The translations under genes were made by a program, and so were the position numbers. Positions 55,435-64,000 of a DNA stretch of 64,000 nt are shown in pieces. Origin of the DNA: Spirochaetaceae bacterium (GTDB lineage: Bacteria; Spirochaetota; Spirochaetia; DSM-27196; PWMO01); the NCBI GenBank assembly GCA_007693485.1, contig REDM01000163.1, positions 3,036 to 67,035 on the forward strand, read 5' to 3'. Within the stretch, counting starts at the first letter, position 1, and the number at the start of each line of letters is the position of its first letter. The notes beneath the pieces are model-generated. The model saw only the letters and a list, made by a program, of their open reading frames with translations. It was not told the DNA's origin and ran no database searches.

Positions 55435-56580
55435 ATGAAGGGAATAATGCGTTTTTCGGTTCTCGCGGTCTTGACCGCGGTTCTGGTGCTGGCCGGATGC
55501 GGCGGCGGATCACAGCAGGCGACGACGGGCGAGCCCGAGACGATTCACATCGCGCTTACCGCACCGATCACCGGTGACTGGTCTGAGTACGGCGTCAACT
55601 TTCGTCGCTCCGTTGAGATGGGAATTGACTACCTCAACGCCAACGGTGGAGTACTTGGTCGGCAGCTTCGTCTGTCGGTAGGAGACACCGGTGGAAGCCC
55701 GCAGGAAGCGGCAACGCTGGCGCAGCGCTGGACGTCTGATCCTACGATCGTGGCGCAGATCGGTTCGTTCTCGAGTTCGGAGGCCATGGCTGCTCAGCCA
55801 ATCTTTGACGCCGAGGGCATGGTCCAGTTGTCCCCGACAGCGAGCCACACCGACTTTGCCCCTGGTTCTGATTGGAGCTTCGGCATCGTTGGTACGCAGG
55901 CTGCCGAAGGTCCCTTCATGGCGAACTTTGCCTATAACGACCTTGGTCTGCGACGGATCGCAGTGCTGCACCTGAACAACGACTGGGGCATCGACACCGC
56001 CCGTCACTTCTCGGATGCATTCACCCGTCTGGGCGGAGAAATCGTTCGCACCGAGTTCTACTTTGACGGCGAGCGCGACTTCACCGCGGTACTGACCCGC
56101 CTCGCGGCCACCAACGCCGACGGCTTCTTCATGGCTTCGTTCTTCAACGACGGAGCAGCGATCGCTCGCCAGAAAGAGCGGATCGGTTGGGACGTTGCCT
56201 TTCTGGGGCCAAGCTCGCTCTACTCGCCGCAGCTCATTGAGTTGGGTGGAACCGCGGTCGATGGACTGAAGACCAACGTCAGCTTCTTTGGAGACGATCC
56301 GGACCCCCGGATTCAGGCTTACGTGAGCGAGTTTCAGCAGCGGTTCAACGCTCGCCCCAACTTCCACGCAGCCCTGGCGTACGATGCGATCATCCTGCTC
56401 GCAGATGCGATGGAGCGTGCGGGCTCGACCGATCGCCAGGCCATCCGCGACGCGCTTGCACAGACAAAAGACTTTCCCGGTCTGACCGGCAGCATCACCT
56501 TTACCCCTGCCGGCGATGCACAAAAAGAGTACCGGCGACTTTGGGTGAATAGCGGACGCTTCGAGATCTGGGAGGGCTGA
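55435..56580 (+). CDS. livK: Branched-chain amino acid ABC transporter substrate-binding lipoprotein (LivK/LivJ family)
   Basis: ATG 55435 is preceded by AAGGAGG. Lipobox LAGCGG. Type-I periplasmic binding fold pattern (IHIALTAPITGDWSEYG...). Confidence 0.85.
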   Translation: MKGIMRFSVLAVLTAVLVLAGCGGGSQQATTGEPETIHIALTAPITGDWSEYGVNFRRSVEMGIDYLNANGGVLGRQLRLSVGDTGGSPQEAATLAQRWTSDPTIVAQIGSFSSSEAMAAQPIFDAEGMVQLSPTASHTDFAPGSDWSFGIVGTQAAEGPFMANFAYNDLGLRRIAVLHLNNDWGIDTARHFSDAFTRLGGEIVRTEFYFDGERDFTAVLTRLAATNADGFFMASFFNDGAAIARQKERIGWDVAFLGPSSLYSPQLIELGGTAVDGLKTNVSFFGDDPDPRIQAYVSEFQQRFNARPNFHAALAYDAIILLADAMERAGSTDRQAIRDALAQTKDFPGLTGSITFTPAGDAQKEYRRLWVNSGRFEIWEG

Positions 56581-56591
56581 TCCCTCGCTGT

Positions 56592-56620
56592 GTGCCGGCA
56601 GGCGAGTGCGTCGCCGGCAC
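56592..56620 (+). other. Intra-operon GC-rich hairpin after the binding-protein gene
   Basis: GTGCCGGC (56592-99) pairs with GCCGGCAC (56613-20) around a 13-nt loop, followed by CGCGCTTTGA (weak U-tract). A second small hairpin CGCGGG-N9-CCCGCG follows. Confidence 0.45.
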
Positions 56621-56693
56621 CGCGCTTTGAATCCTGCGCGGGGCTATCCGTCCCGCGTTCTGTTCCACCACTCGCGGCAAGGAGTAACCGAAG

Positions 56694-57560
56694 GTGCTTG
56701 CACAGCAGATCATTAACGGCATAACCCAGGGTAGCCTGTTTGCCTTGCTCGCGATATCGTTCGCGATTGTCTACGGGACGCTTCGACTGGTCAACTTTGC
56801 GACTGGTTCGCTCTACATGATTGGAGCGTATACATCCTTCTATGTGGTCCGCCACGTGTCATCCAATCTCTTTGTCTCCCTTGCCATTGCGGCGGTGGTC
56901 GGCTTTGTGATGGGATTGATTCTTGAGCGGCTGGCGTTCAAGTCGCTGCGCGGTGTTTCGCGCATCGCCTCGCTCATCTGTACCATCGGGTTCTCTCTTT
57001 TCCTGAACGAGCTTGCTGCGGTGATCTTCGGTCGCGAGACCCGGGTCATGCCGTCGGTCTACACCGGGACGGCGTTTCGCATCGCGGGAACGAATATCAT
57101 CTGGTTGCAGGTGATCATGATTCTGGTAGCGGGCGTTATCGTGATCGGGCTGCAGCTTCTGTTGTTCAAGACCAAGATGGGGCTCTCGATTCGGGCGGTT
57201 TCGCTTGATTATAAAACCGCCGGCCTGATGGGAATCAACGTTGACCGAACCATCTCGTTTGCCTTCGGGTTGGCCAGCGCGTGTGCGGGCGTTGCCGGGG
57301 TGCTCGCGGCGTTTTATTACAATTCGGTCTTTCCGGTCATGGGAACGCTTCCCGGCTTGAAGTCGTTCTCCGCTGCTGTATTCGGCGGCTTGACGTCGAT
57401 CCCCGGGGCAATCCTCGGCGGGTACCTCCTGGGGGTCATCGAAAATCTCGCGGTGCAGGTTATCTCGTCCGGCTACCGCGATATAGTCGGGTTCATCATT
57501 CTGGTGGTCTTTCTTCTCGTACGTCCGCGCGGTCTGCTCGGACGCAAGATACCGATGTAG
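56694..57560 (+). CDS. livH: Branched-chain amino acid ABC transporter permease LivH
   Basis: N-terminus LAQQIINGITQGSLFALLAISFAIVYG is typical of LivH. GTG start. Confidence 0.9.
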   Translation: MLAQQIINGITQGSLFALLAISFAIVYGTLRLVNFATGSLYMIGAYTSFYVVRHVSSNLFVSLAIAAVVGFVMGLILERLAFKSLRGVSRIASLICTIGFSLFLNELAAVIFGRETRVMPSVYTGTAFRIAGTNIIWLQVIMILVAGVIVIGLQLLLFKTKMGLSIRAVSLDYKTAGLMGINVDRTISFAFGLASACAGVAGVLAAFYYNSVFPVMGTLPGLKSFSAAVFGGLTSIPGAILGGYLLGVIENLAVQVISSGYRDIVGFIILVVFLLVRPRGLLGRKIPM

Positions 57561-57572
57561 CAGGGGACCGAC

Positions 57573-58658
57573 ATGGAACTGAAACAGACGCTTCGGCGTA
57601 TTCCGACACTGCTCGGATCCGCTCGTGCAGCCATGGCCGCCTTTTCCGCGCGGTATCGAATGCCGCTGGTTCTTTTGCTGCTGGTGGGCATCGTCGTCTT
57701 TCCGCACGTGATCACCGGCCCGTACTACATCCGGGTTGCAACCATTATGGGCATCTACGTCATTCTGGCGTCGAGTCTCAATATCATCATTGGATTCACC
57801 GGGCTCTTCTCGCTGGGACACGCTGCGTTCTACGGGATCGGGGCGTATACGTCGGCGCTGCTGGCGACCCAAGCGGGCGTCTCGTTCTGGATCGCCCTTC
57901 CGGCCGCCGGTCTGGTGGCCGCAGCATTTGGCGCCCTCATCGGAGTGGCAACGCTTCGGTTGCGGGCGGTCTTCCTGGCGTTTACCACGCTGGGATTTGG
58001 CGAGATCACCCGGATCGTGATTCTGAACTGGCGCTCTTTCACACGTGGCCCGCTCGGCATTGCGGGCATTCCCGTGCCTCAGTTTTTTGGGACCCCGTTT
58101 ACGCGGGTGTCCTACTGGTACCTTGTTGCGGGTCTGGCGGTCGTGACGGTGCTGGGGGTCTACCGCGTCTATCACTCGCGCATCGGGCGCGCTCTCGTGG
58201 CCATCCGCGAAGACGAGCTCGCCGCGCGCAGCATGGGTATTCACGTCTTTGGGTACAAGGTGCTTGCGTTCACCATGGCCTGTTTTTTTGCGGGAATTGC
58301 GGGATCGTTTTTCGCGCACTTTCAGCGTTTTATCTCGGCAGACTCCTTTCTTAACACCGAGTCGTTCACCATTATCACCATGGTCGCGCTTGGCGGTACC
58401 GGTTCGATCGTCGGGGCGGTGGTTGGAGCGGTGATCCTTACGCTGCTGCCCGAGATGTTCCGGTTTCTTGTTGAGTTCCGGATGGTTCTCTACGGGTTGA
58501 TTTTGATCATGGTCATTGTGCTCAAGCCGGGCGGAATTGTGGGCGTGAAGGGTGTCTTTGAGAAGCCAAAGAGCCAGCGAAAGCCGTGGATCGTAGAGAA
58601 GCTGACCCGAAAACCGACCATTCCCGACGCCACGCAACCGCAAGGAGGGACGCTGTGA
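57573..58658 (+). CDS. livM: Branched-chain amino acid ABC transporter permease LivM
   Basis: GFTGLFSLGHAAFYGIGAYTSALL is a LivM hallmark. Multi-pass membrane protein. Confidence 0.9.
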   Translation: MELKQTLRRIPTLLGSARAAMAAFSARYRMPLVLLLLVGIVVFPHVITGPYYIRVATIMGIYVILASSLNIIIGFTGLFSLGHAAFYGIGAYTSALLATQAGVSFWIALPAAGLVAAAFGALIGVATLRLRAVFLAFTTLGFGEITRIVILNWRSFTRGPLGIAGIPVPQFFGTPFTRVSYWYLVAGLAVVTVLGVYRVYHSRIGRALVAIREDELAARSMGIHVFGYKVLAFTMACFFAGIAGSFFAHFQRFISADSFLNTESFTIITMVALGGTGSIVGAVVGAVILTLLPEMFRFLVEFRMVLYGLILIMVIVLKPGGIVGVKGVFEKPKSQRKPWIVEKLTRKPTIPDATQPQGGTL

Positions 58659-59431
58659 GCGGCGACGTAATCCTCGAAATGAAAAAGGCCCGTCGAACCT
58701 TCGGCGGCCTGGTAGCGGTGAACGACGTGGACATGCAGATTCAGCGCGGGTCGATCCATGCGATCATTGGCCCAAACGGTGCGGGCAAGACGACGTTCTT
58801 CAACGGCATCACCGGCATCATTCCCGTGGTCTCTGGTTCGATTCTGTTTGAAGGTACCGAAATCCAACAGACGGCTACGCACACGATCTGCCGGCTTGGG
58901 ATTGCGCGGACCTTTCAGAACATACGCCTCTTTCCCTATCTCTCGGTGTTGGACAACGTGAAGATTGGTACGCACAGCCTCTACAGTGGCTTTGTGTTGG
59001 CGGCCCTTTTGCGCAGCCCCAAGTATCGACGGGAGGAACGCGAGATTACTGAGTTCTGCATGTCGCTGCTCGAGAAGATCGGCCTTGCCGACAAGGCGGA
59101 TCTGTACGCACGAAACCTTCCGTACGGGGACCAGCGGAAGCTGGAAATTGTTCGAGCCCTCGCGAGCAAGCCCAAAATGTTGTTGCTCGATGAGCCCGCA
59201 GCCGGTATGAACAATACCGAGACTGCCGGTCTTGAACGATTCATTCGCTCGCTGAAAGACGAGGCGTATACCATCGCCATTATCGAGCACGACATGAAGC
59301 TCGTCATGAGCATAGCCGATGTCATCTCCGTCCTCGATCACGGCGAGAAAATTGCCGAGGGGACCGCCGGTGAAATTCAGAACAACCAGCGAGTGATCGA
59401 AGCCTATCTGGGCAAGCAGGGAGCCGCGTAG
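58655..59431 (+). CDS. livG: Branched-chain amino acid ABC transporter ATP-binding protein LivG
   Basis: GTG 58655 overlaps the livM stop (GTGA) and is preceded by AAGGAGGG. Walker A GPNGAGKTT, signature YGDQRKLEI, Walker B LLLDEPAAGM. Confidence 0.9.
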   Translation: MSGDVILEMKKARRTFGGLVAVNDVDMQIQRGSIHAIIGPNGAGKTTFFNGITGIIPVVSGSILFEGTEIQQTATHTICRLGIARTFQNIRLFPYLSVLDNVKIGTHSLYSGFVLAALLRSPKYRREEREITEFCMSLLEKIGLADKADLYARNLPYGDQRKLEIVRALASKPKMLLLDEPAAGMNNTETAGLERFIRSLKDEAYTIAIIEHDMKLVMSIADVISVLDHGEKIAEGTAGEIQNNQRVIEAYLGKQGAA

Positions 59432-60144
59432 TGAAAGTGCTCGACGTCCAAAGTCTGGTGGTCTTCTACGGCAAGATCAACGCCCTGAAGGGCGTCTCGC
59501 TCTCGGTGGAGCAGGGGCAGTTTGTCACTCTCATCGGGGCGAACGGTGCGGGGAAGACCACGCTGTTGAACACCGTGACCGGGGTGGTCGAGGGCACCGA
59601 AGGCTCGGTGCGCTACCACGGTAAGGAGATTCTGAATCGGTATCCGCACGATATCGTCCGATTGGGAATTGCCCACGTGCCGGAGGGTCGAAAGATCTTT
59701 CCGGAACTGACGGTCGAGGAGAATATGCGCATCGGCGCATTTATCATGAAGGACCGCACACGAGTACAGGCACTCCTGGATCGGAACTACGAGCTCTTCC
59801 CCCGGCTTGCCGAGCGCCGCCGTCAGGAGGGCGGAACGCTCTCCGGTGGAGAACAGCAGATGCTCGCGATTGCCCGTGGGCTGATGTCGGACCCCGAGCT
59901 CATTCTTCTCGATGAGCCGAGTCTGGGCCTTGCGCCTCTGCTGGTTGAGAAGATCTTCGAGTTTATCGTAGAGATCAATCGTCTGGGCAAGTCGATCCTG
60001 CTCGTCGAACAGAACGCCAACCTTGCGCTGCAGGTAGCGCACTACGGGTACGTGATGGAAACCGGCCGCGTCGTCCGCGAAGACAGTACCGATCGTCTTC
60101 GAAGCGACGATGCCATCAAGAACGCGTACCTCGGTATCGGGTAA
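59431..60144 (+). CDS. livF: Branched-chain amino acid ABC transporter ATP-binding protein LivF
   Basis: Walker A GANGAGKTT, signature LSGGEQQML, Walker B ILLDEPSLGL. GTG start overlaps the livG TAG by 1 nt. Confidence 0.9.
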   Translation: MKVLDVQSLVVFYGKINALKGVSLSVEQGQFVTLIGANGAGKTTLLNTVTGVVEGTEGSVRYHGKEILNRYPHDIVRLGIAHVPEGRKIFPELTVEENMRIGAFIMKDRTRVQALLDRNYELFPRLAERRRQEGGTLSGGEQQMLAIARGLMSDPELILLDEPSLGLAPLLVEKIFEFIVEINRLGKSILLVEQNANLALQVAHYGYVMETGRVVREDSTDRLRSDDAIKNAYLGIG

Positions 60145-60222
60145 GAGGGCGGAATCGCACCGCTGCGGATCATCAATTACTGCGCATCGATCAACCGGTG
60201 CGCAGATACAAGGAGAGAGGCA

Positions 60223-61158
60223 ATGACCAAGATTGAACGTGTTGAGAAGTCCCTCGCGGGCGTGGAGGTCGACCGACCACCGGTGTCGTTCTGGTACCAC
60301 TTTGGTGTTCAGCACGAGCCCGGTGAGCGCATCGCGGAACTGTCGATCGAGTTTGTCCGATACTTCGATCTCGACTTTCTGAAGCTGATGAACGACTACT
60401 ACTACCCAATGCCCGACGGGCTGAACGAGGTAACCAGCGCCGACGACCTCGGAAAGATCAAGCGCTTCGATATCCACGCCAGTGACTGGGCGCAGCAGCT
60501 TCGCGCGATCGATATTCTGGCCCGCGAGCTGAAGGATGAGGTCTATTTCATCGATACCGTGTTTGATCCGTGGCAGATCCTGCTGCGCAATCTTGCCGGC
60601 GAGCACCTTCCTCGTCTCCTGAAAGAGTGCCCCGACGCGGTTCTTGGTGCCCTCGACGTAATCACCGAGAACACCATCGCTTACTGCAAAGAGGCGCTGA
60701 AGCGCGGTTGCGCGGGTGTGTTCGTCTCGACCTTTGGGGCCGAGAAGCAGATGCCGCGCGAGCAATATCTCACGTTCGCCAAGCCGTTCGTGAAGCGGAT
60801 CTTTGATGAGACAGCCGGTTCGGCAATCATGAATACCGCTCACGTTCACGATTACGGCATCTTTGTGGATGACGTTCTCGATATCCCGATGGACATCCTC
60901 TCGTACGAGGACCGTGACCCGTCGAACCCATCCATGCCCGAGATGCGCAAGAAGTTTTCCGGAAGCATCATGGCCGGCATGGACAAGAACCGCATGACGC
61001 GGGTAACGCCTGCCGATGCCGTTCGTAACGCCCTCGAAGGCTGCGAGCTCGGTGGCAAAACCAAGTTCTTCCTCGCACCCGGATGCAGTTTTCCGACGTG
61101 GCTCTATCCACGGTCGGGAACCCTGCTGGTCGAGGCGGTCAAGGCGTTGGGAGCCTGA
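60223..61158 (+). CDS. Uroporphyrinogen decarboxylase (URO-D) superfamily protein, probably not HemE itself
   Basis: N-terminal MTKIERVEKSLAGVEVDRPPVSFW and about 310 aa in size, which fits the URO-D/MtaA-like fold family. RBS AAGGAGAG lies upstream. Confidence 0.6.
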   Translation: MTKIERVEKSLAGVEVDRPPVSFWYHFGVQHEPGERIAELSIEFVRYFDLDFLKLMNDYYYPMPDGLNEVTSADDLGKIKRFDIHASDWAQQLRAIDILARELKDEVYFIDTVFDPWQILLRNLAGEHLPRLLKECPDAVLGALDVITENTIAYCKEALKRGCAGVFVSTFGAEKQMPREQYLTFAKPFVKRIFDETAGSAIMNTAHVHDYGIFVDDVLDIPMDILSYEDRDPSNPSMPEMRKKFSGSIMAGMDKNRMTRVTPADAVRNALEGCELGGKTKFFLAPGCSFPTWLYPRSGTLLVEAVKALGA

Positions 61159-61170
61159 TTCCCGGGTGGC

Positions 61171-62658
61171 ATGTCCGTTCTGGTTGTAGACTTCGGCACA
61201 TCAAGCTGTCGCGCGGCAACCGTTGACCGCAACGGGATCGTGACGTCGGTCTCCCGTATCGAACATCCTCCGGGACAGCGGGGCGTCACCCTCGATGTTG
61301 AGACCGCGTGGAATACCCTCTGTTCGGCGATCCGGACGGAACGCCACGGCAGCGACTTGGCCATTGAAGCAATTGCCGTTGCCGGTTTGCTCGCCTGGGT
61401 CTTCCTCGATGGACATGGCGATCCGCTTGGGCCAGCGTTGACCTACGCCGATGCGCGCGGAGGCGCCGAAGCTCACGCCGGCGAGATCGCTGATACCGAA
61501 GGCGATAACGCTGGCGAAACCCGACTTCGTCTCAGCGGACGCCGCGCCCGGGCCGACCTCGCGGCGTGGAAGCTCGTGTGGATGCGCGCCCACCAGCCTG
61601 AAATCTTTTCTCGGGTTGCCGCGGTACACGGCCTCAAGGACGAGTTTGTGCGCCGGCTCACTGGAGAGCGCGTTACCGATTTGGCGCACGCCGACTACAC
61701 TCACTGTTTTTCACCCGGCGACCGGCGGTTTTCCGACGAGTTGTGCGAACGAGCCGGACTCTCGCCCCGGCTCTTTGCTCCGGTGGTTGCGGCGCAGCAG
61801 GTGGTGGGGCGACTGCGTCGCGATGGAGCCGCCGCGGCGGGCGTGCCGGAGGGCACTCCGGTGGTTGCCGGCAGCAGCGACGGAACCACCGCGATGTACG
61901 GCTGCGGCGTGCTGAGCGGCGAGCTCGTAGCCGTTTGTGGAACCACCGACGTGCTCATGCAGCATCTGACCCAACTCCCGTCCGAGCCCTCGCGAGCCCT
62001 CACGGTGAACAGCGCCATGGCTGGAAGCGGATTTCTGGTTGGTGGTGCCACCGGATCATCGGGGGGTATGCTCGCGGCGGTGGCCGCGCTGACGGGACTG
62101 GAACTCGGGGAGTGTGACGCCGCGGCGGCACAGGTGCAGCCGGGATGCGAGGGGCTGATTGCGGTGCCTTCGCTGACGGGCGAGCGCGCGCCGTACTGGC
62201 ACGACTCATTGCGTGGCGGATTCATCGGCCTCACCGAAGCGCATACCCGTGAACACCTGGTGCGGGCGGTCATGGAGGCGTGCGCCTACCGCTGGCGGCG
62301 CCTTGTGTCTCTGCTTGACGACGCGGGCGGCGGGAGCAGGAGCATTGCGGTTTCCGGCGGCGGCTCGACGTCGACGATCTGGAATCAGATCCGCAGCGAC
62401 GTGGTCCAGCGCGCGGTAGTGCGGCGTTGTGAGCCCGAGTCGACGATCCTTGGAGCAGCGATGTTTGCCCGGGCGGGGGTGGATCCGTCGGTTACGCTCC
62501 CGGAGCTGGGGCGCCGGTGGATCAGTGATGCCGAGACGTGGACACCACGCGGAGAGACGGCATCGGTCTACGCGGACGCGTTCGCCCGGTTTGAGCGTAT
62601 CATTTCGTCCGGGGCACAGGAGGCAGTGTGGCAGGCAACATCTACTTTGTCGGAATGA
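61171..62658 (+). CDS. FGGY-family carbohydrate kinase
   Basis: N-terminus VLVVDFGTSSCRAATVD (actin-fold phosphate-1), GTTAMYGCG, and the C-terminal AVSGGGSTSTIWNQIRSDV block. Confidence 0.8.
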   Translation: MSVLVVDFGTSSCRAATVDRNGIVTSVSRIEHPPGQRGVTLDVETAWNTLCSAIRTERHGSDLAIEAIAVAGLLAWVFLDGHGDPLGPALTYADARGGAEAHAGEIADTEGDNAGETRLRLSGRRARADLAAWKLVWMRAHQPEIFSRVAAVHGLKDEFVRRLTGERVTDLAHADYTHCFSPGDRRFSDELCERAGLSPRLFAPVVAAQQVVGRLRRDGAAAAGVPEGTPVVAGSSDGTTAMYGCGVLSGELVAVCGTTDVLMQHLTQLPSEPSRALTVNSAMAGSGFLVGGATGSSGGMLAAVAALTGLELGECDAAAAQVQPGCEGLIAVPSLTGERAPYWHDSLRGGFIGLTEAHTREHLVRAVMEACAYRWRRLVSLLDDAGGGSRSIAVSGGGSTSTIWNQIRSDVVQRAVVRRCEPESTILGAAMFARAGVDPSVTLPELGRRWISDAETWTPRGETASVYADAFARFERIISSGAQEAVWQATSTLSE

Positions 62659-63146
62659 TCGGTTCGGGAAAAACCACTCTCGGTCGGATGGTCGCTGAGC
62701 GAATAGGCCGCCGCTTTGTGGATCTTGATCAGGAGATGGACCAGCGGCTGGGCTACTCCTTTCACCGGCTCGTGGAGGAGCAGGGCTGGCTCCCGTTTCG
62801 CGAACTGGAGTACCAGATCTGCAAGGACTTTTCCCGGATGCAGGACACAATTGTCTGCTTGGGCGGGGGCACCGTTCGCTACGAGTGGAACATCGACGCG
62901 GTGCGGGGTTCAGGGCACATCGTGCTGCTGGAGGTTTCGCTTGATGAGCTGGTGCGTCGGGTGCGTGCCGCAGACCGCCCGCGGGTTAATCCGGGTACCG
63001 ACCTGGTGGCCGACGTGCAGCGGATCTGGTCAACGCAGAGCGAGAAGTACTACCGCCCGGCGGAACTGGTCTACCGGGCGGAAGGGAAAAGCATCGATCA
63101 GGAGACCGACGAGCTGATAACGGAGATCACCACCCGAGGGTGGTGA
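62628..63146 (+). CDS. aroK: Shikimate kinase
   Basis: NIYFVGMIGSGKTTLGRMVAERIGRRFVDLD and FRELE. GTG start overlaps the kinase gene by 31 nt. Confidence 0.85.
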   Translation: MAGNIYFVGMIGSGKTTLGRMVAERIGRRFVDLDQEMDQRLGYSFHRLVEEQGWLPFRELEYQICKDFSRMQDTIVCLGGGTVRYEWNIDAVRGSGHIVLLEVSLDELVRRVRAADRPRVNPGTDLVADVQRIWSTQSEKYYRPAELVYRAEGKSIDQETDELITEITTRGW

Positions 63147-63187
63147 TCCGGTTTGGCTCGCTGGGATTTTTTGGTTTTGCCGGACGC

Positions 63188-64000
<813 letters not shown>

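Overview
This is a 64 kb, visibly GC-rich, gene-dense stretch of bacterial chromosome. I saw no rRNA, CRISPR array, transposase, integrase or prophage signature. Gene content is compatible with a high-GC spirochaete-like organism (paired Maf/DUF115 genes, ComFB and PilZ proteins, many TPR proteins), but I cannot verify the taxon.

I support about 56 protein genes and one tRNA-Met(CAT). Recognisable housekeeping genes:
- lon, recO, recJ, rpsU, trxB, mutL, nrdR, aroK, and a partial class-II-like ilvC
- a pyrimidine-nucleoside phosphorylase
- U32, M15 (VanY) and M23 peptidases
- RidA, a YheO-like regulator and a PatB-type aminotransferase
- a complete livK/H/M/G/F-type ABC importer
- a GldA/F/G-like ABC system followed by a DUF4340 protein

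All long antisense ORFs in the track look like high-GC shadow ORFs.

Observations most worth a second look:
1. A dnaX-type A_AAA_AAG slippery heptamer sits inside an A10 run. It connects a short ATG-initiated frame to a start-less GAF-like/degenerate GGDEF-like ORF. This could be a -1 frameshift, transcriptional slippage, a phase switch or an assembly error.
2. That gene lies in an operon between a 614-aa hyper-acidic protein and two tandem Maf/DUF115 glycosyltransferase-like paralogues.
3. A tightly coupled trio encodes a membrane TPR protein with an Mrr-like C-terminus, a metallophosphoesterase, and a ParB/Srx-DUF4032-like protein.
4. A 1669-aa secreted protein ends like an outer-membrane beta-barrel; I do not recognise its family.
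5. A voltage-sensor-like membrane protein has no pore motif.
6. An HD / TtcA-like / small acidic protein / ComFB operon faces a PilZ protein and a 1009-aa cyclase-like/STAND-like/TPR protein. Both catalytic motifs of the large protein look degenerate.
7. A SelB-C-terminal-like protein without a GTPase domain lies after rpsU.
8. A divergent patB/liv control region has two near-consensus promoters, a perfect 14-bp palindrome inside one of them, and a ~230-nt structured leader.

All family calls come from motif recognition by eye in the supplied translations. No searches or computations were run.
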